Origin: Candidatus Iainarchaeum sp.
GTDB lineage: Archaea; Iainarchaeota; Iainarchaeia; Iainarchaeales; DTGL01
NCBI GenBank assembly: GCA_038895395.1
Contig: JAWANJ010000001.1
Span: 298 to 64,297 of the forward strand
DNA length: 64,000 nucleotides
Direction of reading: 5' to 3'
The notes beneath the pieces were generated by a model. That model had not been told where the DNA came from, did no database searches, and was given only the letters and a program-made list of their open reading frames with translations. Positions 9,525-19,209 of this stretch are shown here, piece after piece; within the stretch, counting starts at the first letter, position 1, and the number at the start of each line of letters is the position of its first letter. Position numbers and translations under genes: made by a program.

Positions 9525-11045
9525 TTGAGGTGTTTTGGTATGTTTTATTCTGATGATGATAAAAAAATTTTGGAAAATTTTGTAACAAACCTTGACAAGA
9601 ATATTTATATCGTACACAATCTGCCGCCAGAGGTTGTTTCAGTGCTATTTGCTTATGTTAGCAGATCTCCAGAGAGCTTTAGGACAAATCTTTTGAAATT
9701 GGTTAAAGAAGGAAACTTAGATTTGCATACTGGAGAAAAAAGCAAGGAGGTTGTTTTAGAAAAAGCAATAAAAAAAGCCTCCGATTTTCAAAGGAAATGG
9801 GTTGTTGGCTTTGGCCATTTTAGCATAGCTGAGCATGCAGTAGTTCATATTGCAATAGAAAACATAAGCATACTTGCTACCAAGATATTGGAAGACAATA
9901 GGCTTGCAAGTTATACGGAAAAAAGCACAAGATATCAAAAATTTGATAGAAACACTTATTACAAACCAAAAAAAATAATTGAGTCGAAATATGGCAAAAA
10001 CTATGAGGAAACCCTAAACGGTTTATTCGATTTTTATGTTGAGAGTTTCCCTGTTGTTGAAAACTATTTCAAAGAGAAATATCCTAAAAAGGAAGAGATG
10101 AGCGAGCAATATTATGCTTCTTATATAAAGTCAAAAGCTTGTGATGTTCTTAGATACTTGCTTCCAACTGCAACGCTCACTAATTTAGGTGCAACTTTCA
10201 ATGCAAGATCTCTTGCTCACGCTATAGAAAAATTATTGTCGCATCCACTAGAAGAAGCTCAGCAAATTGGACAAGATATAAAAGCCGAGGCTACGAAAAT
10301 TATGCCAACACTTGGTGGTTTTGCTGAGAAAAGCACATACATTCAAGAAACTACAAGAGGGCTTCAAGAGTTGGCCAAAAGTGAGATTTCAATGAAATCA
10401 GGTAAAAGGTCTTTAAAAAAACACAATGAAAACAAGGTAAAATTGGTTAACTATACATTGGATGCTGAAGAAAGACTTATAGCTGCAATTATGTATAAGT
10501 TTGTTGATCTACCTTATCAAAAAGTTTTGGAAAAAGTTAAGAAGATGGACAACAAAAAGAAAAAGATTGTTTTTGAAGAATTTTTTAAAAGGATCTCTAA
10601 CAAAGATGCGCCGTTAAGGGAGCTTGAACATTCATTCTACACTTTTGAGATCACAGTTGATTATGGTGCATATAGAGATCTGCAAAGACACAGGATGTGT
10701 ACTCAAACAACACAAATGTTAACAACCAAGCATGGTTTTTGCATTCCAGAAGAGATGAAAAATTTAGGGCTTGAGAAGGAGTTTGTTGATCACATGAAAA
10801 AGGCCAATGAATTATACTTTTCATTGGTTGATGAGTTCCCATATGAAGCTCAATATTGCGTACCGCTTGCATTTAGAAACCGGACAATCTTTACAATGAA
10901 CGCTAGAGAGCTATACCACATAATAAGGCTTAGGTCTGGCAAGGCAGGCCATAAAAGCTACAGAAAAGTTGCTCAGCAGATGTACTTTGAACTACAAAAA
11001 GCACAGCCATTGATTGCGAAATACTTTGCGGTTGATTTGAGCTAA
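9525..11045 (+). CDS. thyX: FAD-dependent thymidylate synthase ThyX, tandemly duplicated (pseudo-dimeric); N-terminal copy degenerate
   Basis: 506 aa, twice the normal ThyX length. The C-terminal half has RHR (DLQRHRMCTQ) and the downstream MNARELYHIIRLRS...AHKSYRKVAQQM ThyX signature. The N-terminal half has GHFSIAEHAVVHIAIENIS and ...NARSLAHAIEKL but with RHR replaced by EDNRLAS. Confidence 0.55.
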   Translation: MRCFGMFYSDDDKKILENFVTNLDKNIYIVHNLPPEVVSVLFAYVSRSPESFRTNLLKLVKEGNLDLHTGEKSKEVVLEKAIKKASDFQRKWVVGFGHFSIAEHAVVHIAIENISILATKILEDNRLASYTEKSTRYQKFDRNTYYKPKKIIESKYGKNYEETLNGLFDFYVESFPVVENYFKEKYPKKEEMSEQYYASYIKSKACDVLRYLLPTATLTNLGATFNARSLAHAIEKLLSHPLEEAQQIGQDIKAEATKIMPTLGGFAEKSTYIQETTRGLQELAKSEISMKSGKRSLKKHNENKVKLVNYTLDAEERLIAAIMYKFVDLPYQKVLEKVKKMDNKKKKIVFEEFFKRISNKDAPLRELEHSFYTFEITVDYGAYRDLQRHRMCTQTTQMLTTKHGFCIPEEMKNLGLEKEFVDHMKKANELYFSLVDEFPYEAQYCVPLAFRNRTIFTMNARELYHIIRLRSGKAGHKSYRKVAQQMYFELQKAQPLIAKYFAVDLS

Positions 11046-11055
11046 CTTATTTAAC

Positions 11056-13332
11056 TTATTTTCTTGCTAACAAATCCGCGTAGTACTGTTTACATTCCAA
11101 TCTCCAGTTCACTGTAAGAACTATTTTTATTCCATCACCCGTGTAAGCCACATTTATATCCTTATCAGATAGTTTATCACACATTGATGCTCCAGTTCCG
11201 CTATAGAAACCATAGTTAGCATAGCATTGTGGCACTTCGTAGATAAAGTAATACTCTTTTGTAGAGGTATATTTTGCCATATTTTCTTCGGTGAATTTTT
11301 TCAGGGCTTCACACAATGGAAGGATATTTTTTGCAGTGTTGGGATCGTAACCGTAGTAAGTTAAAATCCTGCTCAAGCAATATTGCTTAACCGTCAAATC
11401 AGTGGTGTCAGTAAGGCAGCTTTGCACCTTCGCTTCTATGTTTACGTCCTTTGGTGTGACTGTTGGAGATGGCGTTATCGTATAGTAGCCAAATGAAGGA
11501 TAGCATGATGTTTTATCGCATTTCTTGCCTATGCAGACGTTAAGGTATATTGTGCCATAGTCGCTCAGGTTGCTTTCAACATCTGCTGAGACTTTCTTTA
11601 TTTCCCCGGGTTTTATTTCATAGAAGCCAATGTTTTTGTCGAAAATGATATTTTTCCTATAGTAGTCTGAATAGCCCTTTATTGTCAGGTCTCCAGAATA
11701 ATCTTTTGTAGCATATTTGTTATTTAACCTAAAACTTATGTTGTTTTTGTCGCAAGTCAAGTTGTCTATATAAAAGTAGTTGTACGAATAGCTAGTGCTA
11801 CAATAACCATATTTGACACATTCATCTTCAATGCAAACCTCAAGGGACTCGGAGCCAAAAAGCGTGGTGTTTGGGTTAAACTCAAAGCGTTTCTCTTTGT
11901 ATGATTTTAATGAAACATACCCCAGGTCCTTTTCTACTAAAGTTTCACCTGAAAAGCCATCTTTGAGTTTTGCCTTCAAAGTGCCTTGCATTTCCGAGTA
12001 TGGATACAGCACAAAGGAAACATTTTCATCGCTGCAGCTTGCAGAATATATAGTAAATGTGTAAGTGTAGGGGGAGATATAACAACCGTAGCTCCTGCCC
12101 TTTTGGCATTTGTCGCCTACGCACAACTGGACTTCTTTTGAGCCTTCAGACAAATTTTTATCTGGAACAATCTTAAAGTCCCTGGATTCAAATGCTTTTA
12201 GGCTTATTTCACCAAGGTTCTTCTCAAGTTCGATATTTGAGTCAGCCCCATTTGAAGAGTACTCATCATAGTATAGCCAACTAGAGTATCTTAAAAGAGT
12301 TAGCTTTGCCTGCCCTCTTAGATCTTCTAAGGCGGTTAGCTTTATGGAGATCTGTTTTTTGCTGCAGTTTGCATCTATTAAAAAGGGTACTGGGGGCTTC
12401 AAATCTTGCTCATTAACTTTGCCAAACTCTATTTTTTTCAGTTCAAACTTTAATGACATCTCCATCGGCTTTTTTAGACCTTTCATCTTTATAGAAAAGT
12501 TGGAATCCATTAAAGCTAAAATCCCGTGCTCTTTGTCGAGGCAAACCTCGGCGTTAAACTTTATTTCCTCATAAATTGAATCCTTCTCATAGTTGACATC
12601 TGAAAGTAAAGAAAAACCAGTAGGAAACTTTGGCTGTTCCTGTGTTAATGAATTGCTGCTATTTGCTGCTGCCAAATATGCGCTACTGCTAAGCAGCGGG
12701 ACATTTATATCCTTGCCACTGTAAGAAATTGCGTAGCATCTTGTATTCCTTTCAGCTATTTTTTTCTCATTGATAAAAGAGATATTATAATCTGTCTTTT
12801 TTGTCAAATCTGTGCTTTGGGCCATCTTCGATGGGTCAAATGCTGAGTAATAATCTTCCTTGCCAATTTGGCATTCCCATGTACTTTCTTTTGTTGGGCT
12901 GTGTGTTCCATTAATTGATGCATATCTTGTCTTTTGGCAGGTGATTGATTTGTCGTTTATCAGATAAACTTCAGTTTCAGTTTCGATACTGAGAAAACTC
13001 ACAATCAAACTGGTTTTATTTTGTGATCTTGAGAGGTGAGTTTGTGTTATATCAAAACTATAATTAAGGGCCATGCCAGGGCCATATCCTAAATATCCTA
13101 AACTACTAAAGATGTTTTGGTTTTGCATTGAAAGAGACATTATATAATCTGCTTTGTAGGGCGGCGCATCAAGACCTTTTTGTGAAAGCGCTTTGTATTC
13201 TTCTTCAACGCTCATTGGTTTTGGAAGTATAATTTCTCTTAGCTCAGGGATAAGAAATAATGCAGAAATAGCTGCTGCTGAGATAATTATTAAAACAACC
13301 AAAACAATTAATTCTACCCTCATAAAATCCAC
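11056..13332 (-). CDS. secreted/membrane-anchored Cys-rich surface protein with three internal repeats and many N-glycosylation sequons
   Basis: N-terminal hydrophobic anchor (LIVLVVLIIISAAAISALFLI). More than 12 N-x-S/T sequons. Three ~110-aa repeats each containing C-x(2,3)-C-x(n)-C-x-C-like patterns (LCVGDKCQKGRSYGCY..., LEVCIEDECVKYGYCST..., LNVCIGKKCDKTSCYP...). Confidence 0.6.
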   Translation of the reverse strand: MDFMRVELIVLVVLIIISAAAISALFLIPELREIILPKPMSVEEEYKALSQKGLDAPPYKADYIMSLSMQNQNIFSSLGYLGYGPGMALNYSFDITQTHLSRSQNKTSLIVSFLSIETETEVYLINDKSITCQKTRYASINGTHSPTKESTWECQIGKEDYYSAFDPSKMAQSTDLTKKTDYNISFINEKKIAERNTRCYAISYSGKDINVPLLSSSAYLAAANSSNSLTQEQPKFPTGFSLLSDVNYEKDSIYEEIKFNAEVCLDKEHGILALMDSNFSIKMKGLKKPMEMSLKFELKKIEFGKVNEQDLKPPVPFLIDANCSKKQISIKLTALEDLRGQAKLTLLRYSSWLYYDEYSSNGADSNIELEKNLGEISLKAFESRDFKIVPDKNLSEGSKEVQLCVGDKCQKGRSYGCYISPYTYTFTIYSASCSDENVSFVLYPYSEMQGTLKAKLKDGFSGETLVEKDLGYVSLKSYKEKRFEFNPNTTLFGSESLEVCIEDECVKYGYCSTSYSYNYFYIDNLTCDKNNISFRLNNKYATKDYSGDLTIKGYSDYYRKNIIFDKNIGFYEIKPGEIKKVSADVESNLSDYGTIYLNVCIGKKCDKTSCYPSFGYYTITPSPTVTPKDVNIEAKVQSCLTDTTDLTVKQYCLSRILTYYGYDPNTAKNILPLCEALKKFTEENMAKYTSTKEYYFIYEVPQCYANYGFYSGTGASMCDKLSDKDINVAYTGDGIKIVLTVNWRLECKQYYADLLARK

Positions 13333-13468
13333 CCGCTATTTTTTTTACATTGGATTAAAACACATAATTTAATTGTAAACTTATATAAAAAAGTTTCAAT
13401 GATTGGTGCTCTCACAAGCTGTAATCAAAAGGAATAAAAAGCAAACAACACATAAATAAATAGTAACG

Positions 13469-14260
13469 GTGACTTTTATGGGGGAGATTGTCTCTATTAT
13501 TTCTGGTAAGGGTGGGGTTGGCAAAACAACTGTTGCATTGAACCTCGCATCTGCTTTTAACAAGAAGGGCTACAATACTCTTGTTTTTGATGGAAACGTT
13601 ACAAGCCCAACAGGTGCACTTTATTTGGGATATTTGCCTGCCGAAAAAACAATAAATAATGTACTAAAAGGAGAACTTGAGCTTGGCGGCGCAATCTTAA
13701 CGCATGACTCTGGTGTTAAGCTTTTGACATGTAGCTTGGGCCTAGCAGATCTTAAAAGTGACTATAGAAGAGCCTTTGGACTATTAAGGGAGTTAAAAAG
13801 AAACTATGATATTATATTTATAGATGCCGGTGCTGGCCTAGATGAAGAAGCTCAAATGGCTATAGAAGCAAGCGACTATGTTATTGTAGTCACAAATCCT
13901 GAGCTTCCTGCAACTATAGATGCATTAAGGGCTGTGAGATTAGCAAGGGCTTTTAACAAGAAGGTTCTTGGGGTTATTGTCAATAAGGTAAACTATGGAC
14001 GCCCACAGTTACCTGTTGCAGAAGTTGGTAGCATTGCAGAAGCTCCAGTGATTGGTAGCGTAGTTGAAGATGATGCAGTACAAGAGGCTTTCGCATATAA
14101 TCAACCTGTTGTACATATGAGGCCATATGCTAGAGCTAGTGCTGACTTTATGAACATAGCCGCAAAGATCTTAGGAGAAAAAGAAAGCCACAAAAGCAGG
14201 GTATTGATAGATAGAATTTCTTTCTGGCTCCATAAGATTGGGTTAAAATACTTGCCATAG
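13469..14260 (+). CDS. minD: MinD/ParA-family P-loop ATPase
   Basis: Deviant Walker A GKGGVGKTT at the N-terminus. 263 aa. Confidence 0.8.
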   Translation: MTFMGEIVSIISGKGGVGKTTVALNLASAFNKKGYNTLVFDGNVTSPTGALYLGYLPAEKTINNVLKGELELGGAILTHDSGVKLLTCSLGLADLKSDYRRAFGLLRELKRNYDIIFIDAGAGLDEEAQMAIEASDYVIVVTNPELPATIDALRAVRLARAFNKKVLGVIVNKVNYGRPQLPVAEVGSIAEAPVIGSVVEDDAVQEAFAYNQPVVHMRPYARASADFMNIAAKILGEKESHKSRVLIDRISFWLHKIGLKYLP

Positions 14261-14296
14261 CAAAAAAGCATATTTATTCATTTTAGGAGGGATTTT

Positions 14297-16999
14297 ATGG
14301 TCGAGAAATATGTATATGAATTTTCAGAAGGATCTAAAGAAGATAAACTGCTTTTAGGTGGAAAGGGCGCAAACCTAGCCGAAATGACGAAGCTTGGACT
14401 GCCTGTTCCTCCTGGTTTTATAATAACAACAAAAGCCTGTATCCATTTTTTGAAAAATAATTGCCAGTACCCGAAGGGCATGAAAGAGCAAGTTTTACAG
14501 GGTATAAAAAGGCTTGAGAAAAAAACAAAAAGAAAATTTGGTGGTTCACCAGCTCTTCTTGTTTCGGTGAGAAGTGGTGCACCAATTTCCATGCCAGGCA
14601 TGATGGATACAATACTTAACCTTGGGATGAACGATGACGTAGCTGAGCAGATGATCAAAGAAACCAAGAATGAGCGCTTTGTGTACGATCTCTATAGGCG
14701 TTTGATTCAGATGTTTGGTGAAACTGTAAAAGGCATTGATGCAAAAAAGTTTGATTCTGTTCTAGAACATGCAAAAAAGCAACGTGGCTTAAGATTCGAT
14801 TCAGAGCTTGATGCGAAAGAAATGAAAAAGATTGTGGAAAAGTTTAAGGGGATTTACAAAAAAGAAACACATGAAGATTTTCCCCAGGATGTTTATGTAC
14901 AGTTGTTTGAGGCAATAAACGCTGTTTTCAACTCATGGAATAGTAAGAGAGCTATAACTTACAGAAAGTTGGAGGGCATTCCTGATGGTATGGGCACAGC
15001 TGTGAATGTACAGATGATGGTTTATGGAAACAAAGACAATAAATCAGCAACTGGTGTTTTGTTTACAAGGAATCCATCCACTGGTGAAAAGGTACTATAT
15101 GGAGAATATTTAGTGGCGGCACAAGGTGAAGATGTTGTTGCAGGCATAAGAACCCCAAACGATATAAAGATGCTTGCCAAGGAGATGCCAAAAGTATATA
15201 AACAGATATTAAAGCTAGTGAACAAGCTTGAAAAACATTATCGTGATGTGCAAGATGTTGAATTTACAGTGGAAAGTGGAAAGCTTTATGTGCTACAGAC
15301 AAGAGAGGGCAAGCGTACAGCAATGGCTGCAGTAAAAATTGCAGTGGATATGGTAAAAGAAGGGCTTATAAGCAAAGAAGAGGCAATAATGAGAATCAAG
15401 CCAGAACAGATAAATCAACTTCTCCACAAGCAAATAGACCCAGAAGCTAAGCTCAATGTGGTTGCTAAAGGTTTGCCTGCAAGTCCTGGAGCTGCTTCTG
15501 GAAAGGTAGTATTTGATGCTGATGTTGCTGAAGCGATGGGGCGAAACAACGAAAAGGTAATCCTGGTTAGGCCTGAGACAACCCCCGAAGATATTCATGG
15601 GGTTATTGCAGCTAAAGGAGTATTAACCTCAAGAGGTGGTATGACAAGCCATGCTGCTGTAGTAGCCAGAGGAATGGGAAAACCTTGTGTTGCTGGTTGC
15701 GAGGCATTACAAATAGATCTTGAAAAGAAAGAGGCTAGAATAGGTGCCCTGATCATAAGGGAGTTTGACATAATAACAATAGATGGAAACACTGGAAATG
15801 TTATCTTAGGAGAGGCGCCAACTATTGAACCAAAGATAAGTGGGGAACTAAAAACTTTGCTTAGCTGGGCTGATTCAGTTAGGAAACTTGGGGTAAAAAC
15901 CAATGCAGACAATCCTGTAGACTCAGCAAAAGCAAGAGAATTTGGAGCTGAAGGGATTGGCCTCTGTAGAACAGAGCATATGTTCATGGCCAAAGAAAGG
16001 GTCCCAGTTGTGCATGAGATGATCATGGCAACCACGCTTGAGGAAAGAAAAAAAGCTTTGGACAAACTTTTGCCAATGCAAAGGCAAGACTTTTACGAGA
16101 TGTTTAAAATAATGAACAACCTGCCAGTAACAATCAGGCTTCTTGATCCTCCACTACACGAGTTCTTACCAAGCAAGGATGCTCTAATTAAAGAGATAAG
16201 GATGCTAGAATGCGAGCAATGCAAAAAGAATGTTTCTCTGGCTGAAATAAAGGAAAAGGCTTTACTGCTTGAAAAGGCGAGAATGCTTTCAGAAGCTAAC
16301 CCAATGCTTGGACATCGTGGTGTACGCTTAGGGATAACAATGCCTGAGGTTTATGAGATGCAAGTTCAAGCAATAATTGAGGCTGCGATAAAAGCAATTA
16401 GGGAAGGCTATAAGGTAAAGCTTCAGATTATGATTCCTCTCGTAGGTATAGACAAAGAATTAGCTATAATGTCTGAGCTTGTGAGAAAAAAAGCAGAAGA
16501 GGTTTGCGCGAGAGAAAATGTCAAAGTAAACTACAAGATAGGGACAATGATTGAACTACCCAGGGCTTGTGTTGTGGCTGACCAGATAGCAAAGTATGCT
16601 GAGTTCTTTTCTTTCGGAACAAATGACCTAACTCAAACGACTTTCGGTTTTTCTAGAGATGATGCAGAAGCCAAGTTTTTACCATATTATATTTCCAAAG
16701 GGATTCTTGACGAAAATCCATTTGCAGTTTTGGACACAGAAGGTGTTGGAGCCTTAATGAAGATGGCTGCAGAAAAAGCAAAGAAGGTAAACAAGAACAT
16801 AGAGCTTGGAATTTGTGGCGAGCATGGTGGTAATCCACAATCAATAGAATTTTGCCATTTGATTGGACTTGACTATGTAAGCTGCTCTCCTTTCAGGGTT
16901 CCAGTGGCTAGACTTGCTGCTGCACAGGCAGCAATAAAGCACAATAATAAATCTACCAAGGGAGTAAAAAAGAAATTCAAAGATAAAAAGAAAAAGTAA
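14297..16999 (+). CDS. ppdK: pyruvate, phosphate dikinase
   Basis: 900 aa. PEP-utilising enzyme His-domain motif GGMTSHAAVVARGMGKPCVAGC. N-terminal ATP-grasp and C-terminal PEP/pyruvate domain. Confidence 0.9.
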   Translation: MVEKYVYEFSEGSKEDKLLLGGKGANLAEMTKLGLPVPPGFIITTKACIHFLKNNCQYPKGMKEQVLQGIKRLEKKTKRKFGGSPALLVSVRSGAPISMPGMMDTILNLGMNDDVAEQMIKETKNERFVYDLYRRLIQMFGETVKGIDAKKFDSVLEHAKKQRGLRFDSELDAKEMKKIVEKFKGIYKKETHEDFPQDVYVQLFEAINAVFNSWNSKRAITYRKLEGIPDGMGTAVNVQMMVYGNKDNKSATGVLFTRNPSTGEKVLYGEYLVAAQGEDVVAGIRTPNDIKMLAKEMPKVYKQILKLVNKLEKHYRDVQDVEFTVESGKLYVLQTREGKRTAMAAVKIAVDMVKEGLISKEEAIMRIKPEQINQLLHKQIDPEAKLNVVAKGLPASPGAASGKVVFDADVAEAMGRNNEKVILVRPETTPEDIHGVIAAKGVLTSRGGMTSHAAVVARGMGKPCVAGCEALQIDLEKKEARIGALIIREFDIITIDGNTGNVILGEAPTIEPKISGELKTLLSWADSVRKLGVKTNADNPVDSAKAREFGAEGIGLCRTEHMFMAKERVPVVHEMIMATTLEERKKALDKLLPMQRQDFYEMFKIMNNLPVTIRLLDPPLHEFLPSKDALIKEIRMLECEQCKKNVSLAEIKEKALLLEKARMLSEANPMLGHRGVRLGITMPEVYEMQVQAIIEAAIKAIREGYKVKLQIMIPLVGIDKELAIMSELVRKKAEEVCARENVKVNYKIGTMIELPRACVVADQIAKYAEFFSFGTNDLTQTTFGFSRDDAEAKFLPYYISKGILDENPFAVLDTEGVGALMKMAAEKAKKVNKNIELGICGEHGGNPQSIEFCHLIGLDYVSCSPFRVPVARLAAAQAAIKHNNKSTKGVKKKFKDKKKK

Positions 17000-17044
17000 C
17001 GATTGTAGCACAGAGATATAAATTTTGCCGGCATTATTTTTAAG

Positions 17045-18052
17045 ATGGGCCCAATTAGGTTTGAATTCAATGGTTTTAACAAGGATCTTGTAGAGCAACT
17101 TTGCAGTAGGATTGCTGAGGCATTGAAAGAGTATGAATTTGACAGTTTTCTTGTTGGTTGCACTTTTGAGGATTACCTAAGTGATGAAGGCAAAGAAATA
17201 CTAAGAAAAGAATTTCAACCACTTGTAGTGAAGAGGCTGGAGGAATTATTAAAAAAGAAAGCAGACTATTCTAAACCACAAATTGATATTTTGATAAACT
17301 TTAATCAAGATTTAGTTTATTTTTTAGTGCACTCAGTCTATGTTACTGGCAGGTATAGAAAATATGCCAAATTATACCAAACAAGACATTACTGTTATAG
17401 ATGCAAAGGGCGTGGTTGTGACTTTTGCAAGCAAAAAGGTGTTTTAAGCAACGAGTCTGTTGAAGAACTTATTGCAAAATATCTTGTGCCAGCTTTTGAA
17501 GCATTGAGTGCGAAGTTTCATGGTGCAGGCAGAGAAGATGCTGACGTTAGGATGCTGGGACCTGGCAGAGAGTTTGTGATGCAAATCATAGAACCAAAAA
17601 AAAGAAAGGTAGATTTGAGGCATATAGAAAAGGAAATAAATGAAAAAGAAGCTGGAAAAATTGAAGTGATTGGTCTTTCTTTTTGTGAAAAGGAGACTAT
17701 TGCAAAAATAAAAGCTAAGAAAAGCAGGAAGGTTTACGCTGCAACTGTTAAGTGTGAAAATCTTCCTGATGAAGCAAAAGTTGTTGGCCTTTTAGGACAA
17801 TATGTTGTTGCCCAAAGAACCCCAACCAGGGTACTGAGAAGACGTGCTAACATTTTGAGATATAGAAAGGTTGAAATTAAAAAAGCCTTTATTGAAAATG
17901 GGTTTTTGAAACTTGAGATGATAGCTGATTCAGGGCTTTACATAAAGGAATTTATATCTGGTGACAGTGGAAGAACAGACCCCAGCATCTCGAAAATGCT
18001 TCAGCAGAATTGCGAATGTGTTGAACTTGATGTCGTGGACATAATTGAGTAA
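17045..18052 (+). CDS. pus10: tRNA pseudouridine(54/55) synthase Pus10
   Basis: Zn-ribbon CYRCKGRGCDFCKQKG. Catalytic motif GAGREDADVRMLGPGREFV matches the Pus10 GREDxDVRMLGxGRPF Asp motif. Confidence 0.7.
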   Translation: MGPIRFEFNGFNKDLVEQLCSRIAEALKEYEFDSFLVGCTFEDYLSDEGKEILRKEFQPLVVKRLEELLKKKADYSKPQIDILINFNQDLVYFLVHSVYVTGRYRKYAKLYQTRHYCYRCKGRGCDFCKQKGVLSNESVEELIAKYLVPAFEALSAKFHGAGREDADVRMLGPGREFVMQIIEPKKRKVDLRHIEKEINEKEAGKIEVIGLSFCEKETIAKIKAKKSRKVYAATVKCENLPDEAKVVGLLGQYVVAQRTPTRVLRRRANILRYRKVEIKKAFIENGFLKLEMIADSGLYIKEFISGDSGRTDPSISKMLQQNCECVELDVVDIIE

Positions 18053-18090
18053 ATTGTTTTTTGTATCATTAGCACATTCAAAAAGTTAAC

Positions 18091-19155
18091 TTATATATCT
18101 CTGTTTATAGCAAAATCAGCAAATGCTTTAAGCTCTTGCTTGCCATCATTATTTGGAATTTTTTTGTCAATTTTGGCCCAAGCTTTTTTAACTATGGTTC
18201 TGGCTTTATTTATTGAATAATATATAGCACCTGATTTTTTAATCAAAGCTATTGCTCTTAGAATTTTGTCTTTATCCTTTGTGTGCAAGTTTAGTATTTG
18301 CTCAAGCTCTTCAGCTTCTTTTTTAGGTAAATTTTGAAATGCTTTTATTACTAAAAGCGTGCGTTTACCTTCGCTTATGTCTTCGCCTATTTCTTTCCCC
18401 CAATCTGTGCTTTTTGGAGCAATATTCAAAATATCATCTTGTATCTGAAAGGCAACACCTAGAGCCTCACCAAAATTGCCCAATGCTTCGATTTGGGTTT
18501 TTTTAGCATTGGCAAGCACAGCACCTAACTTTGCAGCAAATCTAGCCAAAACACCAGTCTTGTAAGCACACATTTGAAGATAAGCGGATTCGCTAATAAC
18601 CTTGCTTTTACCTTTATGCCACCATATGTCCATTGCCTGTCCAACACTAAGGCGAAGCATTTCTTGGGCATAAATATTGTATATTTTAATAATCTTTTTT
18701 TCTGGTAGATTATATTTGTTGTTATACAGAATTTCAAGCGGTATGAAGTACATGGCGTTGCCAGTGTTAACAGCACAGTCGATGCCGTATATTTTATGCA
18801 TTGCTGGCTTTCCACGCCTTAAATCTGCATTATCTTCAACATCATCCACAAGCAAAGTACCTTCATGTACAAACTCAATTAGCGGTGCAAATTTAACTGC
18901 AAGTTCCTCTGGGCCATTAAGAGCTTTGCAAGCAGAAATCATAAGTGCTGGTCGCCAGCGTTTGCCCCCTCTGTTTAGAAATTCCCAAACTTGATCTGTC
19001 AGGCCTTCTTGTATGGTCTTTGTATCATAGCAATATTTTGGTTCACCAAGAGCTCTTTTAACCCAAAACTTTGCACTTTTTGGAAAAACATTTTCAAGTT
19101 CTTTGTCAATTGCTTTTTTCTTTTCAGATATTATATCCATGGCATCTAAAGTCAT
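18091..19155 (-). CDS. (all-E) polyprenyl diphosphate synthase (GGPP synthase-type)
   Basis: First DDxxD-type motif LLVDDVEDNADLRRG and second FQIQDDILN are present. Confidence 0.85.
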   Translation of the reverse strand: MTLDAMDIISEKKKAIDKELENVFPKSAKFWVKRALGEPKYCYDTKTIQEGLTDQVWEFLNRGGKRWRPALMISACKALNGPEELAVKFAPLIEFVHEGTLLVDDVEDNADLRRGKPAMHKIYGIDCAVNTGNAMYFIPLEILYNNKYNLPEKKIIKIYNIYAQEMLRLSVGQAMDIWWHKGKSKVISESAYLQMCAYKTGVLARFAAKLGAVLANAKKTQIEALGNFGEALGVAFQIQDDILNIAPKSTDWGKEIGEDISEGKRTLLVIKAFQNLPKKEAEELEQILNLHTKDKDKILRAIALIKKSGAIYYSINKARTIVKKAWAKIDKKIPNNDGKQELKAFADFAINRDI

Positions 19156-19209
19156 AAGAATTATAAGCTGGGATTTATTTAATAAGCTTGCTAAGTTTTT
19201 ACTAAAAAG

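Noticed and set aside
15022-16065. Three minus-strand ORFs (67, 101, 156 aa) inside ppdK
   Set aside because: Shadow ORFs antisense to a 900-aa gene with unmistakable PPDK motifs.
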